This document shows positions 14,040 to 25,710 of a stretch of 64,000 bases of DNA, in pieces (positions within the stretch are counted from its first letter, which is position 1; each line of letters opens with the position of its first letter). Source of the DNA: Azolla caroliniana. Lineage: Eukaryota > Plantae > Polypodiophyta. The notes beneath the pieces were generated by a model. It made no database searches and had not been told where the DNA came from. It saw nothing but the letters and a program-made list of their open reading frames with translations. The DNA lies in the NCBI GenBank assembly GCA_043228905.1, contig JBHGNT010000001.1:31062001-31126000 (forward strand), written 5' to 3'. The translations under genes and the position numbers were made by a program.

Positions 14040-15970
14040 AGGTGAACTTTGGTGGTAATCATGATAAAATGGACTTGTTTTTACATGATGGAGATTGTTT
14101 TTTCCTTTACATGTGATCTCCTAGCATGTCGTAGCTATTGACAAGGGAAAATAAATTCGCGGTGACATTGTAGATATGGCTCTTGTGGATAATGATATGA
14201 TGGTATTGGGCAATGCTTCGATGGACATATATGACAAATGTGGTAGGTTTGGAACAACCAAGGAAGTGTTGGAAAAGTTTGTTTTTCAACCAACATGGAC
14301 AAGGCCACAAAGCATTCGATTCATTTGAATAAGTGCAAAGCATGGGCATTTCTCTGATTTGGATAATGGTATGGCAGGCTCTCATATTCTCCAAAGAGGT
14401 TTTCTAGCAAATGATAACCATCTTGGAAGTAGTTTAGTATAGATGTATGCAAAATGTGTTGACCTAGTAAAAGTTGAACAAGTATTCACTGAACTACCCA
14501 GAAAGACTATTGTTGCTTGGAATGTGTGCATCACAGGATGAATTCAATGTGGCCAACCTTATGATGCCATAAAATGGATTATTTTATTCCACCTTATGTG
14601 TCTTTGCTCAAGGCTTGCACTATGTTGCAAGATCTTGAGACTATATATACGAAATGCGACTTTTTCGCAGAGGCACTCAATGTGTTCAAAAGACTTCCAT
14701 TACAGAATATAGTCTCTTGGAAAACATTGGTTTCAGGATATGCTCAAAATGAGCGTGGGGAGGATGCTCTTATATGCCATTCACGTATGGATTCAAAAGG
14801 TATATCTTTGAATGTCATGGCCTTTGTTTGGGGCTTGAAAACATGTGGAAGTATTTCAACAGTAGAAAAATGACAAGAGAGTGCACAACAGTATCTGCAA
14901 ATAGGGTTTGAAACATGATCTTGTATGGTTTCTTTCCTAAGTGGACAACACTTATCTCAGGGTATGTTGAGCAGGACTACCAGCTTGATCAGTTATATAG
15001 CCTTGTGGAACACATTACTTCCAAGATATGCTGAGTTTGGGCCAATAACAAAGTGCTCCATTGTTTTACACAGATTCAGTTACATGGTTTATTTTCTGAG
15101 TGGACAACATTTACCTAAGGGTGATGTAGTATCTTGGACTGCATTAATTTGTGAATATGATGAGTATGGTTATGTTGAAGAGCTTCAATCTATGCTAATC
15201 TAGATGCAAATGGAGGGTGTAGCCCCAAATCTTTCAATCATCTCTCATTTTGGTAAAACAACGGCTCAACAGTTTTGGTCTTACGTGGTGTAATGGATTT
15301 CAATTGTTATGCTGGGTTCATGCATTTTGGCATTTTCTTGAAGTATACAATCTTTTTGAAGACAACACTTAACTCTCCCTTGACTCAAACAGTTTGTGGT
15401 ATGGTTTGGTGTGGACCCATATTGACAGTATGGGCAATTTTAAATGGAGATTTAGAGAGAACCATGTCATCCTCGAATGTTTGAAATAGGATTTCAATTG
15501 TTGTGTTGGCTTCATGCAGTTTGGCATGCTTCTTGAATTATACAATCTTTTTGAAGACAACAATGAACTCTTCTTGGACTCAAACAATGCACTGTGGGAA
15601 TCTAAAGGACTTGCTTACTGTGGTATTAGAGATATGTGGAACATGGATTTAGTGAGTCAACACTCTCCCTCTTTGTGTAAATGCAAAGACTTGTGTCACA
15701 CTTGTTTGCTGCCTAAAAGCATGTGGTAGCATTAGAGCTACATTAGTAGGCAATGAAATTCACAAGGATATTGCACAAAAAGTTGTTGAAATATATTATT
15801 TCATTGGCAATACATTAGTAGATATGTATGCGAAATGTGGGTCACTTGCCGAGGCACATGTAGTATTTCACAAGCTTTCAGTCTAGGAACAAGTCTCTTG
15901 GAATGCATGATTGCAAGATATGTTGAGAATGGAAATTTGAGGAAATGCTCAATCAATTTCATCAAACGAA
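14040..15970 (+). pseudogene. Degraded PLS-class PPR gene
   Basis: PPR motif fragments (MYAKCVDLVKVEQVFTELPRKTIVAWN; EALNVFKRLPLQNIVSWKTLVSGYAQ; GDVVSWTALI; GNTLVDMYAKCGSLAEAHVVFHKL) are interrupted by several stops and frameshifts. Confidence 0.85.
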
Positions 15971-16115
15971 GGATCCATGGCTAGCCATTGTCTTACACAA
16001 GATGGGCTTGGGAAGAATAGTCACTCCCTTTCCAACTATTCTATATTTTGTCGTTGTTATGCGTTTTTAAAACTAATGTAAGCATATGTTGTTTAGAAAA
16101 AAAAAAAAAAAAAAA

Positions 16116-17220
16116 GGTGAGATAGAGGTGTCCATGGGAAAGGTGAAAGACATGAGAAACATGCGTGCTTTCATACCTCATTACATCTCCATAAAGGACG
16201 CCCCATAATATTGCACCCCATGAGAAAATAGAACGAGAATAATGTTGTCTCAACAATAAAAACAACTTACTCCAAAATTGTTTGATCATGGGACATAACC
16301 AAAACACATGTAGAATAGATTCCATAGTTGCACCACAATGCATTCCACAAGCATATTGCTGATTTTGCCGAGTCAACCAATCACCAACAGGAAGAGCGTA
16401 ATGCATCAATAGCCAACAAAAACAAATAACTTTTTTTGGCAACTGCATACTCCACAACCATATCCAAAATTTGGCAAGTTGCAATGCATGCACATTATTC
16501 GTAATCCAATGCTTTATGGTAGTAGGGCATTTGTACTTTGATTGCAACAACAAATTTCTACATAGCTTAACCGAATATTGGAAAAACTCCAAATGTTTAG
16601 CATTTCCACCAACACTTTGGCGTTTTCCATTGATAATCAGCTGGATCCCCGTCCAAATTGCGAATCTGAGGCTTTTTTTGAAAAACCCACAATGACCAAC
16701 ACAACAAGCATTCTTGAAAGGATGGATCCAAAAACCATTTTTTTGGGGATCGTGCAACTACTCGAAAAGTTGAAACATTGGCGGACATCCACACATCTGA
16801 TGCCAAAAATACATGCCACAACCTGCCATCATCATCCACATTAAAGTATATAGCATCATACGTAGTGTTAGTTACTTTAGCTCCTAAAATAACTTTTAAA
16901 GGAGAGAAATAACCAAACCAAATCTGATTACTAGAGGGGGACCATGAAGCCATAAATTGTCCCAATGCCTCCTCGAACTGAATGCATCAACAAAGATTGT
17001 AACGGGTGATTCATAACATAACATCCCCATGATAGAACATTACCTGCAATTGATGCATCCAAAGAAGCCCAATTCAGCCTAGGACGACTACCAAGCAAAA
17101 AAACCCTTGCATCAGAGAAGAGAAAATTCCAAGTCAAAGGCTGTCTCAACAAGTCATCCATTGTCAAAGGCATTTTCTAAACCAGAAATGTTTTAACAAC
17201 AGACCGACGTATAAGCCATA
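16116..17220 (-). mobile_element. L1-type LINE 3' fragment (zf-RVT region)
   Basis: WIWLWSMQLPKKVICFCWLLMHYALPVGDWL...CGMHCGATMESILHVFWLCP matches the zf-RVT zinc finger of plant L1 ORF2. Frameshifted upstream. Confidence 0.8.
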
Positions 17221-18838
17221 AAGTCATTATTATATTAGCCTTCTTCTTCTATTGTCCATCACTTTAATAAGAAGGTTATAATCACACAGGAAACAAAAAT
17301 AAGATCCAAATGACACATAAAAACAAAATTTTGTTTTCAATTGGATGCAAGATGTATCAAGATATGAGTAAAAAATGTGGAGGCTCATGGTTCACACATT
17401 ATACTTCATATGTTGCACCTAACTACATGTATATTAACAAATGTTAAATTTTATCATGTTGTCTACCATCGAAAACATTACTTCCATACAACTTAGTTCA
17501 TGCTCCCTCTAATGTGAGATGAGATGTTGGGGTTGAGACTAGACTACACACATTTTCCCCTAAACACGTTTGGGATTTTGAGTATGATTCACAACTTGGG
17601 ACAATGCTTTGCCTTTGATCACATCTAACTATGCTTTCATACATCTTTAACCAAACCAAATCCTTCCACAAACATGGATTTGGCAAGATACAATGTATGT
17701 GATGCATGATGATTCTTTTTTACCAACATCACTTCATATGACAATTCTATGAGATGTGGGAACTTTAGGCTACTTCCCTTATTGTTTGGAGTTTTGCAAT
17801 CAAGATGCATAAATCCTTATTTGGAAAGCCTCATTAACTCGCTTTGACCTGATATTATTTTTTCTCTTTTGCCTCAAAATCGCCTTGATTCTCTCACACA
17901 GCAAATTTTGGTGAATTTTTCACAACAAGTGGATAATAAAGGAGTAAAAGCATAGAATACAACTTTATGGAACATTACGATCATTCATCATATGTATGGA
18001 TTAACTAATGCCCAACAACAACATGTTTCCTCGAACGATTCTCACAAGTTCTCTCTAAGTGTAATCCATTATTGACACGAGCACCAACAGATGAGAAATT
18101 TTTGGATATCCAAAGTCAAGTGCAAGTCATTATTTCTCAGTTGCACTGTCAAAGCTATCCTTATGATAAGATGTGACAATTGAGGGATGGGCTCATTGAT
18201 AATTAGTGTCAAACTCATTTGTTTTTCCAAGTGTTACATCATGCCTATGCTCAATCTCATGGTAGAGATCCGCAATTAGAAAAGACTCTATTTCTTCAAC
18301 ACATATCCATTGGGAATGAATATTACAAATGGCCACTTCATTGAATGGATGTCTAACAAGATAATTTCATGTATTGGAAGCCACAAACTTGACCATTTCA
18401 CGTATGCCTGAAGGTTGCACAATGTATTATGGAACCCATGCTATTACTATATTATTTTTTATAATTGCCATGGACAAAGAAGGCTTTGCATTTCGTTTTG
18501 CAACCTCTTCGATATTTATTATGGAGAAAGATGGATAAGACGGGAATCATATGACTAATTGTGTGGAATCATCTAGCAACCCCTAAGTTCTTAGGGGGAA
18601 GCTGCAATATTTGACTTATCTATGCATATGATGGCTCATAGATTCTCGAGAGATTCTCATTATTGCAATACATGTGTTTAGACTCTGAACTAGGAATCAA
18701 TAATGGCTCGACTCAAAGCCTAAACCGAGCTGTCAAACCGTTTTTAAACGGTTTGGTTCAGGCTTGAGCTTTTGTAACCGGTTTGAGCTCGGTTTGGCAA
18801 GGTTCAAGCTTAATCGAACCGGTATAAGGCTTAAACGG

Positions 18839-19952
18839 TGTTGTGAAGATCCGTCACTACGCGCGGATCGTGAGGCGGAACCGTCGGGGTTCTGGACCGG
18901 AAGGATTTAAAGTCGGTGCAAGCTTTGGTGCAAGCTTTAGCGAGAAAGTACTTAAGATAGATTGGGAAAGAGAGAAGTTGAGATTACACGATTGAGAGAG
19001 ATTGATTGAACTTTTAACTTTAGATTTAAGAAACAAGTTACACGATCAATTTGATAACGAATTTCTTCTTCTTAATTTCATAACCAAAAAAAAAAAACCT
19101 GTTTTTCTCCTCCCCCTTCCTTCTTTTATAGATGCTCTCATGCATATAATGCATGTGAGGGTACAAGACATGCATAAAATGCATGCTTGCCATTTGGCGC
19201 TTATGTATTACATGTGGTGCATGATAACCATGTCACTCATTTTAGCTCTCATGTATGAGAATTTATATGTAAAAGTACAATGATATAAATTCAACTAAAT
19301 GGCATGGCTTAATGGTAAGCCAATTGACTCCTAACTCGGAGGTGCAAGGTTTGAATCCTTACTTGCCTTGCCCTCCTTGTATATGTATATATGTATATAT
19401 ATTAATATATTTATTTATCTAGTCACCGGACGCCGGTTCGTCGGTTGCCGCCGGATGCCATCGGTTACCGGCGCCGTCATCGGATACCAGTGCCGGATGC
19501 CGTCGGATTGCCGTCGGATGTCGGTGTCTCACTAGCGCCGGACGCCACCGGCTCCATCGTCGGTCCGGTTTTGGTTGGCCAAAACCCTTTACGAGTAGCT
19601 AGCCCACCTCCACTCTTAGTTCAAGTTACCTTAAACTCTCTATGTTGCACACATAGACACAAAGATAATATCTTTTGCTCTACCTTATATATGATGAGAG
19701 TCGTATTTGTCGTGCCTATGTGGGATATCTCACAATTTTCTCTTTTCCTTTCACAAACTTTATACCCTCATATCTTGACATTTAGTTGTCCGTTTCTCGT
19801 GTAATAAAGTGCATTCGAAACCTCCATCATTTTGTACTTAGATATTAAATTTATTTAAAATGTTATCTTCATAATTATTGTATTATGTGATTCATACTCG
19901 ATTTTGTACGTTTTATGGGATTTTCACACTATTGCCGAAAATCTTCACGACA
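18839..19952 (-). mobile_element. Solo LTR (1114 bp) nested in the hAT MITE
   Basis: Termini TGTTGTGAAGAT ... ATCTTCACGACA (TG...CA, 11/12 inverted repeat), flanked by a 4-bp direct repeat ACGG. Minus-strand TATA (CTATAAAAG near 19125-19131) followed by a CT-rich R/U5-like tract. Confidence 0.75.
19298..19368 (+). other. tRNA-like / SINE-head-like sequence inside the solo LTR
   Basis: A-box-like TGGCTTAATGG, perfect D-stem GGCTT/AAGCC, loop CTCCTAA, T-stem AAGG/CCTT around TTTGAAT (B-box GGTTTGAATCC), and partial acceptor pairing GGCA/TGCC. Confidence 0.65.
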
Positions 19953-20546
19953 ACGGTAACCAGTGTGGTTCAAGTTTGAAAACTTCCAGACCGCTTAGGC
20001 TTAATCGTTTTTGGTTTGGACAAGGCCAAACCGATTAAGTCGAAACCGACCCGTTGTCGATTCCTACTCTCAACCATGGATATCGAGGCTTCAATATATA
20101 TTTCATTTGAGCACGAGGATATGACACATGGGAGAAGAACGATTTTAAAAAGCGTCATGGTGGCGAAGATTGAACATGTAAATTCAACGGAGGAGTCCAA
20201 GCTCTTCATGCATTCAATACTCGGTCGTCTCATGGTATAAAGAAACTCTCATTATTTGTATGGAAACCATGATCTAGTAGAAAGAAAGCATGGTAAATTT
20301 CTTTTGTAAGAAGAGTTACTTCACTACTTTAACTTGGCGTGAAAAAGAGAGATTGCAACTCTTCACATAAATCCATTGCTTTTTGTTTGGGGGGGCAAAA
20401 AGAAGAAGAAGAAGAAGAAGTGAGAGAGAAAGAAAGATATATTAACGTCTTCTAAGGCCAAATTTGGCCCATGAGACAATTGGTTTACAACAAAAGAGTA
20501 TTTATCCAGTCATCATAACTAAAATAAAATTAAGTAAAAATAGAAC

Positions 20547-21323
20547 TTAAACTAAAAGAGTTCTAGTAGTGTACAATATGTAGTATACTCGAAAGTGACT
20601 ATACACTAAGCCTAATTTTATTTCCACCCAAGCCTCTCGAAAAGAAGTGGGGGGGTCAAAGGGTCTTGATGTGGGTTCCAATGTAGAGAGTGCCCTAGCC
20701 ATGGCGTCTAGGCGGTGTAGCTCACGTTCCCTTATTTTCAATATTGCTTCCACATCACGTCGAGTTGCTTTGAAACCCGGCACCCGAGGACGTCTGGTTC
20801 TTCTCTGGTTTTCTGCCTCATCAATGGAAAGGCCGAGTGGTGCAAGTGTGTCGGCATTCGTTGTCTCCTCATGTTCCTGAAAAACTTCATTTGTTACATG
20901 TTCGTGATCATTAGCAACATTATTGTCAACATTTTGTAACTTATTCTCTCTGTGTTGTTTTAGCTCTAGAATGTATTTGCCTAATTTCTTTATATCTAGA
21001 GTATCTAATAGTTTGGGGAGGGTGGGAGACGAACCAAGTATGTCTTGGTATTTTGCCCTTATCTCGGCATAGGTTGGACACTTGCATGTAAAGTGGTACT
21101 CATCCTCTATCTCTATGTGACATAACCTACATATCCTTTCCTCCCTAGGGACTCCACTAGTACGGCCATTCTCAATCTCAAGTTGGTGAGATGATATTCT
21201 AAGTTGTCCAATGGCAACCCTTAGTGCATGTTGTATGTAATGTATGTAGTTGAGGCTGGAATGAAGTGGCCTAAAAAGCTCGTGGATATGGAGCTGCCAT
21301 GTCAGAGCAGATATCCAATCCAT
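20547..21323 (-). mobile_element. Non-LTR retrotransposon ORF2 C-terminal fragment (non-L1 type zinc finger), open 258-aa frame
   Basis: LRISSHQLEIENGR...PREERICRLCHIEIEDEYHFTCKCPTYAEIRAKY matches the C-terminal CCHC region of RTE-X/L2-like LINE ORF2. No RT core is present, so the copy is 5'-truncated. Confidence 0.75.
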
Positions 21324-21338
21324 CAGATAAAGTAACCA

Positions 21339-21372
<34 letters not shown>

Positions 21373-21537
21373 GCACACAGAAATGAAATCTTCATCAGGT
21401 AAGTCCCCTCTGCTTCTCATCCAATCTTTTTGTATAGTTAGTTTCTGCACATTGTATCGTGCCCTGCACTCTTACTGTATCCATCATCCAACGTGTGGTC
21501 AGGGTCGAGCGACCGCTGTAATTTTAGGCGCTCAACT

Positions 21538-21710
21538 GTTCTCTGTGTAAATATTTGCGATCCTATTGAATCCTATCGAACTCTGTAAATATTTACAATC
21601 AGGCCGAGCTTTGTAAATATTACAATTCGATCAAAACTTTGTAAAGATTTACATATCCTGTTGAGCTCTGTGAATATTTTTTATTGGATCGAGCTCTGTG
21701 AATATACACT
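21538..21710. repeat. About 30-bp degenerate tandem repeat in the 5' leader/intron of the PMI1-like gene
   Basis: About six copies of (GAG)CT[CT]TGT[AG]AATATT, downstream of a GTAAGT donor at about 21399. Confidence 0.7.
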
Positions 21711-21792
21711 GATGGAACACAGAATTTCCTTGTGAGCACTAAGAAAGAAATCAGGGGGAAAGAGAAAGGGGGAGGTTATTTGAGATTGAAAG

Positions 21793-24700
21793 ATGCAGCA
21801 CTCATCACGAAGGGCATCACAGTCATCAAGGAGGCTCAGTAACCAAGAAGAACAAGATGCAAAACAACTCGTGGATGAGATTGAATCCTTGAGCCAATCA
21901 CTTTACAAAGCTCAATCCAGAAACAATACTTTTTCAGCGGGTCAACGTGATACAATTATGGTTCAAAAACAAGAGACAAACGATGCTCCTCTCCGGAATC
22001 CTATGGGGAGACGTTTCTCATCCTACGAATCGAGCAAGACTGTTTCTTCAACTCTTTTACCCGGATTGGCTTCTTCTCTCAACCAATACAATGCACCTGA
22101 TCTTGTTCAAGGTCATGGTCATTATCATTCTCGGCATTCTTTATCATCTGGAGGATTCAATCTTGAGTCACAAGCTTCCAAAACATCTGATATCCGAACA
22201 CGAGGCGATCGACGTGTTTTATCTCAATCTATACATTTAGGAAGCCCCGATTTACATGCTAATTTGGAAGAATTCAATTGGGCTGATGATAACCCTGAAC
22301 CCAATTCTAATATAGAATCAACCACTGGGGAGAAGAAGAAGAGCTTCTGGAATTGGAAGCCGCTTCGAGCTCTCTCACACATCGGTAGGCAAAGGTTTCA
22401 TTGTATGTTTTCGGCTTATGTTCATGCAATCAGAAACCTCCCCCCAGCGATGAATGGGCTTCGCTTGTGTGTTAATGTAAGGAAAGAAGAGACAAAAGAA
22501 GGTGCTTTGCAAACTGTTCCAAGCCGTGTTTTTCAAGGTGTTGCCGAGTATGAAGAAACAATGTTCATAAAGTGCAGTGTTTATGGAAGCAAGGGTAACT
22601 CTAACACCATGAAGTTTATGTCAAAGGTATTCATTGTATCAGTAGTAGCTCCAGATGTTGAGGAATTGGAGCTTGGGAAGCATAATCTAGACCTAAGCCG
22701 GTTGCTTCCTCACAATAAGATGAATGATGTGGAGAAAGGAAATAGTTGGAATGCTAGCCTTGAGCTTTCTGGCAAGGCAAAAGGAGGAAAACTAATCATA
22801 ACGTTCACTTGTGAGATGCTTGAGAAAGATTCGATAAATCCTAATGATTTAGCATCAAAGATCCATGGCTCACAGCGACGTTCATCTATGCAAGGATCAT
22901 ATAGTCTTCCAAACTCAGCTCATGGATCTCCACATTTAAGAGGAATGAATCCAAATAGTAGTGATTCTCCACTTGTTAGTGGTCAAGGTAGCGTCTATGG
23001 TCATGGTAAGATAGCAATTCAAGACTTGAACTTGGATGAATCACCTGTTGCAGAATCTGGGAGAGAAGGAAGAGATCATCAGCAACTTGACGCATGGCAA
23101 ACCCCTGCTAGTCCACCCTTCAAAGTGTCTGAAGCTTCTTTTCAGGATAAACTTCATGGACATGATCCCATACAAAGAGATGAGCGGCATGTTGATCAAA
23201 TGGAAGATGAGGATTCGGAGAGTGACCAAGATTTTACTGTGGTAGACAAAGGTGTGGAGATTAATGAAACAGCCCAAGTTTACGAAAACGAGGAGAGAGG
23301 AGGAGAAGAAGAGAATGGGAAGGCTGATAGCTCAGAAGCAGATGAAAAGAGAGGAACGCCATCAGATGTAGAGGATGATAAAGCACTAGAAGATGTGGTC
23401 AATTCAAGTGTTGAAAAGAAGGAAATTGTGACTTACCAGCTGGTGATGAAAACACTTGATTCTCTCTTACAAGGAACTAGTGAGAAGGAGCAGGCTCATC
23501 TAGAAATGCTGGAAGGAATGCCCGAAATGGTTGGAATAAGTGACCAGAATACAAGCAAGAAAGATTTGTTGAGGGGAAATCCTGAAACATTGGGTGATAA
23601 CCTTGATCAAGAAATCGACCTTGTTACAGGGGAGTTTCTACATATGCTGGAGTCTGAAGATAATTATTTGGAAGAAAAATTTGAAGGTGTTGTGAAAGAT
23701 AATAAATCTCTCCTCATAGATCAAGGATCTCTACGTAGAGAGGAATCCAATGTCAAATCAAAAGAATTGCGTGCATCAGTGTCACAATCTACACAAGCTG
23801 CTGAAAGTACACAAAGAAAGATCAACGCAATCAAGGAGAGAACACTGACAGATCCACAGCCTGAAGCTGTTTTGAAGAAAGAGAAGTTACTATCGAAGAG
23901 TGCCACCAAGCAATTTGAACCTGAACCTCTAGGAAAGGGCTTAGGTACCACAATTACGATCAAAGATGGAGGCATCTTGAGATCCATGAATCCTTTGCAT
24001 TTTCAGTCAGAAAAGTGTAACGGAAAGCTTGTGATGCAAGTGTCTAAGCAAATTGTATTGCCCGCTGAAATAGGCTCAGGAACTGTGGATGTTCTACGTA
24101 ACATGGCCTCTATAGGAATAGAGAATATGGCTCTTCAAACAATGAAAGCCATGCCATTGGAGGAGCTCATGGGTCTATCTATTGAGCAGATTGCTATGGA
24201 AGGATTGGATGCCGGAAAAATATCGAGGATCAGGTATGCCTATCTCACACTATGCTTTCCGGTAAGCTTGTTCAAGAAAACAAGTAACAAACGCAAAGCA
24301 GGGTAATAATCATACCTAAAACATGTCTCATCAGAAAGGTTTTATAGATTGGTTCAGAATGTGTTGTTGGAATGTTAGTTTGCATAGTCTTTTATGATCC
24401 AAAATATATGAAGAACCATAAAAATATTGTGTGCTTCATCCAATAAATTTGAGCATATGTAAAGGAGGTATATTGGTTTGTCAGCAGACCCAACAAAACC
24501 CTAGTATAGTTAGTAGGGATGATATGCATCAATGCTTACTTTGACTACTTATCCATGTAATATTACTGTTTAGTTCTTCCATAAGGACTTCTAATGTAGG
24601 CGTTGTTTCACCCTATACACTCATAAATATTTATGTACATTTGTTTATTTTCAAACATCCAATTAAGCAAGATTATGGTTAATTTAATGCTAGTAAATAT

Positions 24701-25710
24701 TTCATAAAATTGTCTAATGTGGTGCTAATCTTGGTTTGGAATGTAGGGGTACATGGGGATCGTCCTTTAAGCTCAAGCCAATTAAAACTGAGCCAACCAG
24801 AAATGCTGAAATGCATGGTTCTCTAATGAGTGATAATAAAGATGTCCATGTCTCCTTAGACAATATAGCACACACGGCAATGCATCAAATTGAATACTTA
24901 GCTATGATTGGCTTGAAGATTCAAGTTGGTATGACAGATGAAGATGCACCTTACTCACTCCATGCTTTCTCAATGCAAGCACAAGGTAGTAATAGGGAAG
25001 ATATGCCAAGGCAAAATAATCCTGGATCATTAATGAAAGGTGTTACTGGAGTGCATTTATTGAAAGGAGCTCAAGTCCCGGCAAGAACTGCTGGAGGTGG
25101 AAAAGGTTTAATGGACATGGCTATCACTTTAGATGAATGGGTTTTTTTAGACAGTGGAGTAGACAATGAATCTGGGAGTGACAAAGATAAGCTAGCCATA
25201 ATGGCTGCCCATCGTGCCATTCAAGATGGAAAGAGAAACACAATGGACTCTACCCAAAACAAGAGCATTCAGTGGGGTTGTATGGGAAATACACTAACTA
25301 TAGCAATGCTTATTCAAATCCGCGATCCCTTGAGGAGCCTGGAAGCTATAGGAGCACCGATGATAGCATTTGTTCAGGCTGAAAGGGTCATTGAGCCAAA
25401 AGTAGGAGTGACACAACAACCTGAGTCTCAATTCAAACTAACTGGAGTGCATATGGCGGGTCTGAGGGCACCAGAAGATAACAGAAGGTTAGGATGGGGA
25501 AGCCAAAGGCAATTTCGAGCGGCAACTCGATGGCTTCTTGCGAATGGCGTGTCTAAACCAAGAGGAAATGTTGCAATTCCGGGAAAGAATAAAGCTAAAC
25601 AAGGAGACCATCTTTGGAGCATATCTGCCCAACTTCATGGAAGCATGAACAAGTGGAAAGATTTATTGAAGTTGAATCCTCACTTGAGAAATCCCAATGT
25701 CCTTTACTAG
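21793..25710 (+). CDS. PMI1: PLASTID MOVEMENT IMPAIRED1 / PMIR family protein (NT-C2 domain); exons 21793-24233 and 24747-25710
   Basis: FWNWKPLRALSHIG...NLPPAMNGLRLCVNVRKEETKEG (NT-C2), LGKGLG...KDGGILRSMNP, GNTLTIAMLIQIRDPLR and C-terminal NPHLRNPNV. The GT..AG intron 24234-24746 preserves the reading frame. Confidence 0.92.

Larger units (their letters stand above)
18691..20066. mobile_element. hAT-type non-autonomous element/MITE (about 260 bp without its nested insertion)
   Basis: Imperfect TIRs: TAGGAATCAATAATGGCTCG on the left, and the right end reverse-complements to TAGGAATCGACAACGGGTCG. 8-bp TSD CTCTGAAC / CTCTCAAC (1 mismatch). Many subterminal AAACCG/AAACGG motifs, as in Ac/Ds. 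Confidence 0.85.

Noticed and set aside
16097-16115. Poly(A) run as the tail of the adjacent LINE
   Set aside because: The LINE is on the minus strand, so its tail would read as poly(T) on the plus strand; no TSD was found.
19445-19804. 119-aa ORF MPPDAIGYRRR...
   Set aside because: Non-ATG start, arises from the GC-rich repeat inside the solo LTR, and has no recognisable domain.
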